DNA of 64,000 nucleotides. It comes from an uncultured Chloroflexia bacterium (lineage in GTDB: Bacteria > Chloroflexota > Anaerolineae > CG2-30-64-16). A program made the position numbers and the translations under genes. The notes below the pieces were generated by a model. That model ran no database searches. It had not been told where the DNA came from and was given only the letters and a program-made list of their open reading frames with translations. This document shows, one piece after another, positions 11,901 to 22,700 of this stretch. Numbering within the stretch: position 1 is the stretch's first letter; each line of letters begins with the position of its first letter. The stretch is taken from NCBI GenBank assembly GCA_963810095.1, contig CAWEMM010000006.1:864001-928000 (forward strand), given 5' to 3'.

Positions 11901-12624
11901 GCTTGCCGTTGCATTTCGCCAGGGGCGGGTTCTTAACGTTCGGATTGCACCAGCCGAAATACTGCGTATTGGTGCGATCGGGGAAGTCGTAGCCGTCGGG
12001 AGCGGGATCGGCGAACGAAGGATGGTCGGTGTTAATGCCCGTGTCGACCACGCCGATCACCATGCCCTCGCCGCAGTTGCCGCCCGGCGCGCACGAATCG
12101 GGGGCGCCCCACGCCGAGGGTGCGCCGATCCATTGCGGGCCGCGGTCGGTCAGCAGCTGGCGCACCTGCCGGGGCTCCACGAACTTCACGCCGGCAACGG
12201 TCTTGACGATCTCGGCTTCCGAAGCAGTCAACTGGAGGGTCAACCCGTTCAGCACGACGTCGTAAATGTAGCCGACCTCTGGCCGCCGGCTGAGCCGCTC
12301 TTCGGCCCGCTGCATGAACTCGGCGCGCTTCTCGGCGAGGAATGCCAAGTAGGCCTGGGCTTCCGGGCTGTTGACGTCGACCTTCGCAGCACCGGTGACC
12401 TCGGGGCTGGTCGGGGCAAGGTCCCTGATGCCGCCCCCATAGTTGGCAAGGGCGGGATTGTTCAGGGTGATGATATAAACGCCGGGGACACCGAAAGGTT
12501 GAGGTTGCAGCGCCTTGACAGGCGGCGCATCACCCGCGGCAAACGCAACGGCAGGTTGGCCGGTCAGTGCGAGGGGCACAACGAGCGCGAAGAGGACGAC
12601 GAGGAACAGTAGACGCCGAGCCAT
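8995..12624 (-). CDS. Secreted S8 subtilase with I9 prodomain, PA domain and C-terminal Ig-like domains
   Basis: Signal peptide; triad motifs VVDTG, HGSHTAST, GTSMSSPH; PA domain (ICDRGNNARVEK). Confidence 0.93.
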   Translation of the reverse strand: MARRLLFLVVLFALVVPLALTGQPAVAFAAGDAPPVKALQPQPFGVPGVYIITLNNPALANYGGGIRDLAPTSPEVTGAAKVDVNSPEAQAYLAFLAEKRAEFMQRAEERLSRRPEVGYIYDVVLNGLTLQLTASEAEIVKTVAGVKFVEPRQVRQLLTDRGPQWIGAPSAWGAPDSCAPGGNCGEGMVIGVVDTGINTDHPSFADPAPDGYDFPDRTNTQYFGWCNPNVKNPPLAKCNGKLIGLYSYANSGNDPEDLEGHGSHTASTAGGNRVGAVTFHAPTIDVPMTISGVAPHAMIIAYDACTPSGCNNTDLVAALNQAATDQVDAVNYSISGSGESPWVAADEQAFLGLRNAGAFVSASAGNSGPGAATVAHGSPWVTTTAASTHDRALINAAINLTRSDGVGLPDIYGRSVTTSLGPAPIVYAGNVNNNPLCLSGVWSATALAGKLVICDRGNNARVEKADNVKAAGGVGMILVNAASNGDEEIADGYAIPGVHITYAEGVTLKDWLATGTGHAGGILGTVKDIQPNNGDVMAAFSSRGQNNQVPDLIKPDMTAPGVDIMAAWGTDPLFTAPEYNIISGTSMSSPHMAGAGALMMKAKYPAWSVAEIQSAMMTTSLWDNSLRKEDGATPTDPFDRGAGRVNITNALNAGLLLNITGAEYTAANPAATPAGDPKTLNYPSMGDDACYKSCGWTRTVRNPTGQQMTWNGVFVGSDGLVGTLTVPSFSINAGATQALGVNITDVSGLTPGQWYFGTVVYTEADGKAPQFHMPVAIKVAGSTDSGKIVKTVTPAGAGAGAQMTYTVTVKNKLKSSQTFAVSDVVPAGSTYVANSATGGWTYNSGTNTLSGNVSLGPSAFVWREKNLGGYEEMAGQVPPADLAGLSLDNGCFSLGGMDFYYLDTHYTDILVSMNGVVRAGIPTSPLCPTGTPTKFPTNDPGDMQENLLAPFWADLDLTGGNMYLVLTIRNGKPHTVVEWENIRLKATNQRFSFQLWIEDGTDNIWFSYPAGFNSTIGTASPTAGIGAENLAGNEGVQYYFYSGSGTKTGTVPDGSKDVWVGLEATTATLGFKANATAPANSNITNEATATVSSVTNKAWANTRICGPATATSPKIAIQGKVFTLTSWAGSMHDSYELWRATPPYAGPGAPGSEKVYSGKAWSFVDQPAPTVGDPDTNYFYTLRTVNCAGTSTADSGWVAEFDFGLVKGQ

Positions 12625-12900
12625 ATGGGTGGACACTCCTTACGGGACGAGTTGGGGAAACTGGAATTGCACTCAACCAAGTACAGACGCACGAAACATT
12701 ATAGCATGCCCCGCGCGGCCTTCAAAGAGCGCCTTTTTCGCCAGAGTGCCAAACGGGACGCGGCGTCAGAGTACATTCCCGTGCAGTAGGAACCTCCCGT
12801 GGTCTGCGAGGCCGCGCGGGCCTTCTTCGCATACGGCAGTGTCACAGCAGCCGGGCTGGGGCGATGTGAACGCAAGCGGCGGCGCGGGCGTTAAGCCACT

Positions 12901-14262
12901 GTGGGGTTGAGAGCAAACGGGTGTTGGGTCGCGGCCCGGCAAGATCGATTATCAGTTGTTGGGGCAGGTGCAGACGTGGTTGGACCGGGGAATCTCAGAA
13001 CACGAATCGCTCGAGGCGCCGCGCGAGTGGCGAGGGTCCGGCCGCAGGTCGCGAGCATCCTCTCGGGCATCATCTTCCTCCCGCTGCTGCTGGCCGCATC
13101 CAACAGCCTCACTTGGACGCAGGTCAACACGCCTGGCTTTGCCGAGCACGCGCCGCCCTACACAGGGCAGGAAGCCTTCGATCTTACCGTGTTCGACGAC
13201 CGGCTGTACCTGGGGATGGAAGGCTTCGCCTGCGCGCGTGTCTGGCGCAGCCGGGCCGGCGTCGTCTCCCCTTCCATCCAGTCGGACTGGGAGCAGGTCG
13301 TCTCGAACGGCTTTGACGGCGCGGCCGATTGTACGACCACGCCACCGCCCACCGACAACGACCACGTCGACAGCCTCGAACCTTTCCGCGGCTACCTCTA
13401 CGCCTCCACCGCGATGCAGACGGCCGGTAAGCGCGGCACGCAGGTCTGGCGCAGCGCCACCGGCGATGCGGGCACGTGGGTGCGGGTCAACGAACCCGGC
13501 TTCGGCGTGCACGCGAACGAGAACTTCAAGGACATGATCGAGTTCGCCGGGCTGCTGTGCGGCGGCACTGGCAATCCGGGCGCACCTGGCATTGCAGCGG
13601 GCGCCCAGGTGTGGTGCACCGACGGGATCACGCCCGATCCGGTCCATCCGGGCGAGCTCCTGTGGACGCAGCGCAGCCCAAACGGCTTCGGGCACGCCGA
13701 AAATGTGAAGGTATGGTCGTCGGCGGTCTACGACGGCGCGCTCTATTTCGGCGTGGAAGCGCAAGGGGCGGACGGCTCCATCTGGCGCACGCTCAGCATC
13801 GACGACCCGGCCGCGTGGGAGCAGGTGTTCGGGCCGGCCGAGGCCGGTGTCCATGCGACTCGGGTCGACGTGCTGCAGGGCTTCGCCGGCAACCTCTATA
13901 TCGGCTTGGCCGTCCCAGGTCAGGGCGTCCGGATCTATCGGAGCCCAAGCGGCGACCCCGGCACCTGGCAACCGGTCGTGGGCGATGGTTTCGGCACGCC
14001 AACCACGGGCAGATTGATCTCCGATGCCTCGGCCGTCCTGGGCGACACGCTATACGTCGCCGCACTGGACGAAGTGCAAGGCGTAGGGGTGTGGGGCACC
14101 CGCGACGGGGTGTCCTGGGTGCGGGCCGCTCCCTACGGGTTCGGCAGCCCCACCACCTTCGCCGCGGAGCTGGCGGCCTTCCACGACGAGTTGTACGCGT
14201 GGACCAGCGACTACGCGACGGGGCCAGGCGTGTGGCGCGGCCGTCGCCAACCGTGGCCTTAA
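12901..14262 (+). CDS. Secreted beta-propeller-like hypothetical protein; start uncertain
   Basis: Hydrophobic segment followed by repeated WxxVxxxGFG and F.GxLY...VWRS blades. Confidence 0.7.
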   Translation: MGLRANGCWVAARQDRLSVVGAGADVVGPGNLRTRIARGAARVARVRPQVASILSGIIFLPLLLAASNSLTWTQVNTPGFAEHAPPYTGQEAFDLTVFDDRLYLGMEGFACARVWRSRAGVVSPSIQSDWEQVVSNGFDGAADCTTTPPPTDNDHVDSLEPFRGYLYASTAMQTAGKRGTQVWRSATGDAGTWVRVNEPGFGVHANENFKDMIEFAGLLCGGTGNPGAPGIAAGAQVWCTDGITPDPVHPGELLWTQRSPNGFGHAENVKVWSSAVYDGALYFGVEAQGADGSIWRTLSIDDPAAWEQVFGPAEAGVHATRVDVLQGFAGNLYIGLAVPGQGVRIYRSPSGDPGTWQPVVGDGFGTPTTGRLISDASAVLGDTLYVAALDEVQGVGVWGTRDGVSWVRAAPYGFGSPTTFAAELAAFHDELYAWTSDYATGPGVWRGRRQPWP

Positions 14263-14425
14263 TCGAAAATTCATTTGACAACGCTCACCGGGAACCATAT
14301 ACTTGAAACCTGCGACATAACGTCAATCTCGTAGATTCGTGCCAGTGCGTGCCCAGGCACGCTAAGCGCCAGACGCTTTGCTCGGTTGCACGCGTCTGGC
14401 GTACTTGTCCTTAGAGAGTGCTTCC

Positions 14426-16742
14426 ATGCCGCTATCTCCACAGCCCGGGCGTCTCCGCGTCTGGCCCGGCTTGATAAAGGCGTCTTGCATCGCATTCGCC
14501 TTGCTCCTGGTTTCGGTCGCCTACCTGCCACCCGCGCATGCCGCACAGGAAGCGGCCTCGACCGCGGCGCGGGTGCGCATCGGCGTCGTCAAGGACGGGG
14601 TGACGGTCATTGCGCCTGGCGACCTGGCCGCTGCAGGCGTCGACCCAAACGGCGTCGATCCCCGCACGTTCGCGCTCAGCAGCCTCGGGCAGCCGGTTGC
14701 CGTCTACGTAACGGGCGAGAACGACGGACGTTTCGACGGGGCCGACCGGCTGTACTTCTTCGGCGAGAAGTTCCGCGGGCCCGAAATGGACCAGAAGTAC
14801 ACTGACGAGCGCGTCTATTGGCTCGACATGGGCGGCGCGGCCGGCCCGCGCATGACGACGGTGGACGCAAGTCCGCTGTTCGACCGCACGCCGCCGGCCG
14901 ACTTTGCGACCACCCTGCATGCCGAGGAGTCTACCGTCTGGTGGACCCTCTACTCGCTGTCGCTGGCGCAAGAGACACAGGACACGTGGTTCTGGAAGAA
15001 GCTTTCGTTGCTCTCCGGTTCGTCCATCACCGGGACCTTGCCCTATACCGTGCCCTACCCGGCGAATGCCAGCGCCACCTTGCGCCTCGAGGAAATCAGC
15101 AACGCCCACGTGTACGGAGTCGATCCCGACCATCGCACGAAGGCTGCGCTTAACGGCGTCCCGCTGATCGATACAACGTGGGACGGCTTACAAGTGCGGA
15201 AGGTATTCAGCGCGCCCGTCCCGGCCGGGGTTTTGACGCATGGGACGAACACCCTTGCCGTTGGCGCCTGGACGGTGCCGGGAACTTCTTCGGACCTGGT
15301 CTACGTCAACTATTGGGAACTGGATTATCGCCGGCTGTTTCGCGCCTACGAAGACCGGCTTGACTTCAGGGCCGAGACAACCGGAACGCAGGAGTACGAG
15401 GGCAAGGGTTTTTCGAGTGCTGACGTCTGGGCATGGGATGTGAGTGCGCCGGGCGCTCCCGTGCGCCTGCTCGCCCCGGCTGCGGCGGATCTTCGCTTTC
15501 GGGTGAACGCGACGGCGGGCAATCGCTATTGGCTCCAGGCCGCGGGTAGCTTCCAATCGCCCGCGTCCATCCGGCGACGCCTGCCGACCGGGTTGCGCGA
15601 TCCGCAAGGGGGCGCCGACTCCGTCATCGTGACCTCGACCGAGTTGCAGCCGCAGGCCGACCGCCTCGCCGAGTGGCACCGGGCGCACGGGCGCCGCGCG
15701 CTGGTCGTGAATATCCAGGATGCCTACGACGAGTTCAACGATGGCATTTATCATCCCAAGGCCGTGCAGGCGATGATGAAGTGGGCCAGCACACATTGGA
15801 CGAGCCCGGCGCCCCAGTACCTGACCCTTTTCGGCGATGGGCACTGGAACTTCAAAAACTACAACCCGGCCGAGTACCCGGGTGGGCCGAACCACATCCC
15901 GCCCTACCTCGCCTTTGAGGACATCTGGCAGGGCGAAGTCCCGGTCGATGCCCGCTTTGGCGACCTGAACGACGACAAGCTGCCAGACGATTGCGGTCGG
16001 CCGGATCGCCGTCGACACCGTCGCAGAGGCCGCGATCGTGGTCGACAAGATCCTCGCCTACGACGAAAACGCGCGCTTGGCTGGGTGGCAGCGCCGGGCC
16101 ATCTTCGTCTCGGACAACGCCGACCTCGACGGTGACTTCCCGACGGTTTCGGATGAAATGATCGCCAACTACACGCCGAAGGACCTGCAGGTCAGCCGGG
16201 TCTACCTGCCGCCCGCGGCGACGCCGGATCAGATTGCCGCGACTCGGAACGCATTGCGCAGCGCCTGGAACGACGGCGCCTTCATGGTGCAGTTCACCGG
16301 CCACGGTGCGCCCGAGCGGTGGACGCATGAGTTCATCCTGACCACCACGGACGTCCTCAACGGAACGTTCACGAACGGCTCCCGCCTGCCCATCGTCCTG
16401 ACCTTCAACTGCCTGGACGGCTACTTCGCGCACGCCCAGCCGGGTCGGATCAGTATCGCCGAAACGATGCAGCGAGCCCCCGGTGGCGGTTCGATCGCGG
16501 CCATCTCGCCGGCCGGCCTCGGCGCGACAGATGTGCAAGCGGCCTTCCGCCGCGTCCTGCTGACCGTCCTCTTCACTGACAACGTCCGTGAGATCGGCCG
16601 GGCACTCACGATCACCAAGCAGCGCTTCGCCGAGACCTACGGGGCGCACTACCTGACGCAGACCATGATGCTGTTCGGCGACCCGGCCATGCAGGTGCCG
16701 GCGGGAACGCCGAAGCAATATCTGCCCATTATCGTCCGCTAA
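14426..16742 (+). CDS. C25 (gingipain/PorU-like) cysteine peptidase; frameshift near 15989
   Basis: Signal peptide, YTDERVYWL, YLTLFGDG; removing one base gives PDIAVGRI...; catalytic FTGHG and TFNCL; LFGDPA; tail KQYLPIIVR. Confidence 0.88.
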
Positions 16743-16798
16743 AGTTTGCAGGTGCGCGCCTCCTGACGCGCTCGCTGCCGTGGATTGAGAGACGCTCG

Positions 16799-17782
16799 AT
16801 GCATCGCAGACAATTGTTGGCCGCTGTCGGGTTGACAGCACTGTGCGCCGTCCTATTGCTCGGCCCGGCCCTGGCGTCGGTCGAGCTGGTGTCCTTCGGG
16901 GCCGAGCCGACGACCAATAACACGATCATGGTGACCTGGGAAACCGCAACCGAGCGGGACATGATCGGTTTCAAGCTGTACCGGTCTCTGACCGGTTCGG
17001 GCGCTGATTGGGTCGACTTGATCCCCGAGGGCGTCCCCGCAGACGGCACGGCGCAGGGCGGCGCCCGATACGGCTTTGAGGACAAAACGGACATTGCCCT
17101 GAACACGAGGTACTACTACCAGCTGAAGGAAATCTCGAACACAGGCGACGTCGTGGAGATTGCCCGGGCATCGACCGGGATCGGCCTTCCTGCCGACACC
17201 GCAACCTCCACCGGCACTCCGACCGCCAGCCCCACCTGGACCAGGGTGGCCGGCTCGGTCGGCGGTGCAGCGACCGCGACGCCGCCCCGTCCGACGGCAA
17301 CGCCGCGTTACACCCTCGCGCCGCCGACCGCGGCGCCGGGCACCCCCGCCCCGCGAGCCGGGACCACGGCAACGGTCCAGGCGGCCGTCAGCACGCGCAC
17401 GCCGCTCGTCGGTGCGCAGGTTGCCACGCCGACGGGCGCCGCGCCGAGGGTCACCCTGCCCGCTCCCGCGAGCCCGGCGGTCCAGCAACCCGTCGACACG
17501 CCCGCGCCCCTTGCCCCCGAAACACCCACCCCCGACCTCGTCGCGATGGCCGAGGGCCCAGGGGCCGAATCGCCAACCCCTGTTCCAACAAAGGACGCCA
17601 CGCCGGTGATCTTCTCTTCGGCAGAGGAAGGCACAGCCTCGCCCACGCCCGCCGGCGCCGAACAGACATCCGGCGAGGGTGCAGAGAGCAGCACACGAGC
17701 CCTCGTGATCGGGGGCGGCGCGCTCGGCATCGGGGCCCTGCTCGCCGCGCTCTACCTGTTCCTGCGATCACGGCGCGGCTAA
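16799..17782 (+). CDS. Exported protein with Fn3-like VELVSF/WETATE domain, Pro/Thr stalk and C-terminal membrane anchor
   Basis: Signal peptide; VELVSFGA...VTWETATERDMIGFKLYRS...YYYQL; P/T/A-rich linker; TM helix followed by RSRRG. Confidence 0.8.
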   Translation: MHRRQLLAAVGLTALCAVLLLGPALASVELVSFGAEPTTNNTIMVTWETATERDMIGFKLYRSLTGSGADWVDLIPEGVPADGTAQGGARYGFEDKTDIALNTRYYYQLKEISNTGDVVEIARASTGIGLPADTATSTGTPTASPTWTRVAGSVGGAATATPPRPTATPRYTLAPPTAAPGTPAPRAGTTATVQAAVSTRTPLVGAQVATPTGAAPRVTLPAPASPAVQQPVDTPAPLAPETPTPDLVAMAEGPGAESPTPVPTKDATPVIFSSAEEGTASPTPAGAEQTSGEGAESSTRALVIGGGALGIGALLAALYLFLRSRRG

Positions 17783-17786
17783 GCCC

Positions 17787-19743
17787 ATGGTCCAGCGATT
17801 CCGGCGTCCGTTCGCGTGTGTGCTTCTGCTGTGCCTCGTCGTGCTTGCGGTCTCCGCCTGCACCGGCGCAAAAACCCTGCCCCCCGCCAGCAGCAGTGCC
17901 GTCAAGATCGGGGTGGACGAGGACGGCGTGTACCAGGTGACGGCAAGAGACCTCCTGAACGCCGGTTTTGACCTCGCCGCCGCGGAAAGCGAGGGGGTCA
18001 GCCTGTCGGTCGGCGGCGCCCCAGTCCCGTACGAATGGGTAGGTCGCGGGGGCGACCTGGCGATCCGGTTCGAAGGTATGCGTCTCGGCCCTGACAGCTA
18101 CACCCCTCGCAATATCTACTGGCTGACACGCGGAGCGCCAAGCACGGAGGGACCGGCCGCTGCCGAGGCACGACCCTCGCCAACCGCCACGCCCGCGGCC
18201 GGTGTCATCACTGCCACGGTGCGGCTCGAGCAGGATCTCCAATACGACCCGCAGGCCGTCCGCCCTGACCAGCGCTGGTACTGGCAGACGATCTTCGCAC
18301 CCGCCAAGGTTGAAGTCGGGTTCGATGCACCGGGAGTGAAGGACGCGCCCGCCGAGTTGCGAGTCGACGTAATCTCAAAGTCATCGGCCAACGTCGATCC
18401 GGATCACCGCCTGCTCGTTTTCGTCAACGATGCGTTTGTCTCTGACGCCGCCTGGGATGGCGCGGTCCCCCACTTACTCACTGCCGCCGTTCCTGCCGGC
18501 GTGTTGAAGGAGAAGGACAACCGTATCAGGATCGAAGCACCGGGCGACACCGGCGCTCCTGCCGATGCGGTTCAGCTGCACCGCATCGAAATCGCTTACC
18601 GCGGGACCCCGAACGCAGACGGGGCTGCGCCGCGCTCGCCGGCCTCGGTCGAAGTCCCCGCACTCAGCAGCCTGCCGGACTTGCCAGCCGGCGCCGACCT
18701 TGTGATCGTGACCGCACCTCAGTTCCACGACGCGCTCGGCGCCCCTTGTCGAAGCCCGGACGAAGCAAGGACTGCGGGTCGCCGTGCTGGATGTGGGGCA
18801 GGTCTACGACGCGTTCAGCTACGGGCGCCGCGATCCGCAGGCCATTCAAGCCCTGATGCGCTACGCCCGGCAGCACTGGCAGGCGCCCGCTCCGCGCTAC
18901 CTGCTCCTGGCGGGCGACGCGAGCTATGACCCGCTCGGCCGTACGCAGGGAACCGAGGTTGACCTCGTCCCCACCTACGACGTCTATACCACCTTCTCGG
19001 GGTGGACCGGGTCCGACGTGTGGTATGCGCTGCCCGACGATGCCGAGAACGCGATGCCGGCTTTTGCCGTGGGCCGCTTCCCCGCCCAGACGCCCGAGCA
19101 GATGGCGGCGATGGTGCAGAAGACGTTGAGCTATGAGGCGCAGACAGGCGACCTGGGGTGGCGCTCCGCCGCGCTGCTGGTGGCCGACAACGACGAGCCG
19201 GGCTTCGCGGAAGAAACGCAGAGCTTCGCCTCACAACTCAAGGGTTACCAATCCGGGCAACTCACGATCGACGGGGACGGAGCGAACGCAAAGAACGCGC
19301 TGCTCGGCGCGTTCTCGAAGGGTGCCGGGCTGATCGGCTACTTTGGCCACGGCAGCGTCACCCTGTGGGCCAAGGAGAAAGTCCTGGAGGTGGCAGAGGC
19401 GGCCAAGCTGAGCAACAAGGACCGCCTGCCCATCGTCTTCACCGTGACGTGCCTGAGCGGATTCTTCGAGCACCCGTCCACCGTCTCGCTGGGAGAGGCG
19501 CTGGTGCGCAATCCAAACGGGGGGGCTGTCGCAGCACTTGTGCCGAGCAGCGCGGCGGTGCTGACCGACCAGCGACTGCTGGCCCAGGGGCTGGCGGCAG
19601 CGCTTGCCCAGCCGGCGCCGCGCGCCCTTGGAGACACCATCCACGACGCGCAGCTCAGCCTCCCACGCGAGACTGGCGGCGTGCGCGAAATCCTGTTGAC
19701 CTTCAACCTGCTCGGCGATCCGTCGCTCACCGTCAAACGCTGA
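17787..19743 (+). CDS. Second C25 family cysteine peptidase, lipoprotein; frameshift near 18739
   Basis: Lipobox VSAC; YTPRNIYWL; YLLLAGDASYD, VGRFP, YFGHG, TVTCL, LLGDPS. Confidence 0.88.
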
Positions 19744-19747
19744 GATA

Positions 19748-19776
19748 GCCCCGCGTCCCCGCTTAGGGGCGCGGGC
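19748..19776. terminator. Hairpin between convergent genes
   Basis: CCCGCGTCCCC-GCTTA-GGGGCGCGGG. Confidence 0.5.
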
Positions 19777-19778
19777 AC

Positions 19779-22700
19779 TCACTTACACGAATTTAACACG
19801 TCTGGCTGGGGGAACAATGTCCGCGCGTCGGCGCCGTGTGCCCAGATGTTGCTGAAGGTCGGAGCTCCGTCCACGCTGACCCAGAAGTAGAGCCGGTTCA
19901 GCGGTTCGTTCGCCGGGCTCACGTCCACGTCGTTGAAGTCCCACGCCAGGAACTTCACCCCGTTCGCCCCCGTAATCACCCGTGACACACCCGGCCAACC
20001 CGAACCCGGCGCGGCTTCGGGCTCGTTGTTCAGGCTTGCATGCAAGCGGACGGCCGGCGTCCACCCGGACGCCGAGGAAATGTCGGGCGCCAGCGCCTGT
20101 TGCGTTCCAACAGTGAACAGGTAGGCCGTGATGTTCGCCGCCTGCGCCTGCTGCACCGGCAGGTTGTCCTGCGGCCACACAATCTGGATCTTGCCGTCCA
20201 ACGCGCTGGGCCGGACACGCGTCACGCTGGTCGGAACGTCCTGCTGCGGGAACAGGGTGCGCGCGTCGACTGCGTGCACCCAGACATTGCTCAGTGTTCG
20301 CACCGGCACGCCCGGGCTCTCCACCGTCAGGAAGAATGACAGCTTGTTAGCCGGATCGCGGGCCTGGCGCACGTCGACGTCGTTAAAGTCCCACGCGGGG
20401 AAATTGCGGCCCCCACCCGTGACCATGCGCTTCTGCCCCACGCCTGCCAAGCGCGCCGGCTGGTTGTTGAGGGCGGCCCACAGCCGCACTGTCGGCTCCC
20501 AATTGCAGGGGACAGAATCCAGCAGCGTGCGCGCGCCCTGCGTACCATCTCCGGCAAGGAGATAAGCGGTGATATTTGCCAGGTCCGCTTCCTCGACCCC
20601 GGCGCCTCCGTGCGGCCAGACAATCTCGATCTTTGCTCGCACCGTGACCGCCGTGGGAGTCGGCGCGGGCGTTTGTGTCGCGCGCTGAGTCGGGGCCGGG
20701 GTGGGAGTGCGAGTCAGAGCCGCAGTTGCGGTCCGAGTCGCAGTCGCGGTGCGGGTTGCGGTCGAAGTGCGTGTGAAGGTCGCCGTGCGCGTCGGCGCCG
20801 GGGTGGGGGTGCGGGTAACGGCCGTGGCGCCGCCGGGCGTAGGCGTGAGTTGGTTGGCGCAGGTCGCGTCGTCGAAGAAACTCACGCTGTTGGCGGGGTA
20901 ATTCGACACCGCGATCCGGTTGCCCTGTGCCACAAGCCCTTGCCCGCCCTGCGAATCCCCCTGGTCCAACAGGGGCAGGACGTCCACGACGCCCGAGTCC
21001 GGGTCGATCGCAAACAGCCGGTCCCCCTGCGCGTCCACCGCGAAGACGTGGCCCGTCCCCTCGTTGACGGCAACCGCGTAAGCCGGCCCAGGCAGCGTGT
21101 ACCGCCGTACTGGCGTCAGGGCCGGCAGGCTGAGCGCGGCCACCGTCCCGCCCTCGCTGCCCACGTACAACTGCTTGCGCAGCGGGTCGTAGGCCATGCC
21201 GCGCGTGTCGGCCAGCCCGCTGCTCGACCGCCCGAGCACTTTGCCGGAGGGATCGAGCCGGGTGATGGCGCCGTCCAGGTGCAGGACGTACACCTGGTCG
21301 CCCACGACCAGTGCAGTGACCGGCGCCGGGCCAACGCGGGTCGTCGCCAGGCGCTGGCGCGCGGCGAGGTCGACGACCGTCACCGTTTCATCCCCGAAGT
21401 TGACGACGTACGCGGCCCCTGTGCCCGCGGGCCCAGGGCCGGCGCCCACGCCCCACGGCAGGCTGCCGGCAGGAATCACCGCCAACAGCTGGCCGGTCGC
21501 GGCGCGGTGGAGCGTCACGGTCCCGGTATCGCGATTGCTGGCAACGAGGGTGTCACCCCAGACGGCCAGCCCGTTCGTGCGGCCGGGACCCGACGCCTGC
21601 TGCCATGTACGGACTCGGGTGTCGCCGGTGAACCGGACGACTTCGCTCGACTCGAAGAGCGCGGCGTAAAACCCGTCTGGCCCCGCGGCGAGGGCACGAG
21701 GCCCGTTCAGCGCCAGCGAGCCCAGCGGCCGGGGCGCGCAGGCCGACACCGGCGCAGGGCCGGGCGTAAACGAAGGCGTCGCGGTCGGGGCTGCGGTGGC
21801 AGTCGCCGGAACCGGCGTTGCGGTAGGGGTGCGCGCCGGGGTAGCGGTGCCCGTCGAGGTCGCGGGCGCAACCGGGGTGGAGGTGGCCGCAGGCGTGCGA
21901 GCAGCAGTCGCCGTCGCCGCAGCGGTGGGGCTCACGATCACAGGCTGGGTTGCGGAAGCGGCCGGCACGGCCGTGGGGGTCGCGGAAGCCGCTGGCACGG
22001 AAGTTGAAGTGGGCGCGGCCGTGGGCATCGGCGTTGCTGTGGCAGCCAGGGTCGGAACGGCCGTCCGAGTCGCCGTTGGGGTCGCGGTGGGAACCGGTGT
22101 CGGCGTGGGTTCCTGCGTCGCTGTGGCCGACGGCGGCAGAGCCGTGTTCGTTGCAGTGGGCGCCGGCGTCGGCGTCGCGGTCGGCTGAAACGCGCTTTTC
22201 GGGAACCGTGACATACACCTGGTGGAGGTATTCGGGCCCGGCCCCGTCGTTGATGATCTGCAGGAAGTTGTCGCCATCCAGCACGTTGCCGATCGCGACA
22301 TTCTCCACCCACGTCACCTCCTGCCAGATGCGGGTGTCACCCTTGCGAATCGTGTGCCGGGCCGGACGCCCGTTCGCGCCGGGCAGGACGACGTCGAAGC
22401 TGTCAGTCCCGATGTCGAGGTACGAGACGGTGGTCTCCAGCGGCGCAGACAGGCCAAACGCGGGCCAGTCGCCGCTGACCGCGACCCGCAGCGTCTTCCC
22501 CGCGTCGAGCCGGCGGGCCTGGCGGTTATACAGGCGGTTGAGCGTATCGGGGCCCGGGCTGGGGGTCGCCGCGGGCGTAATGATCGGAGTGGGTAGCGAC
22601 TCGGGGCAGGCGGGCGTGAGGCTAAGTGCGCCTCCCGCGGTCGCGGTGGCATTTGCCGAGCGGGCGCTCTTCGCCAGCGACGGCGCGCAAACCTGCGGCG

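Noticed and set aside
20640-22190. Low-complexity tandem-like DNA
   Set aside because: Encodes Pro/Thr/Ala linkers; not a DNA repeat element.
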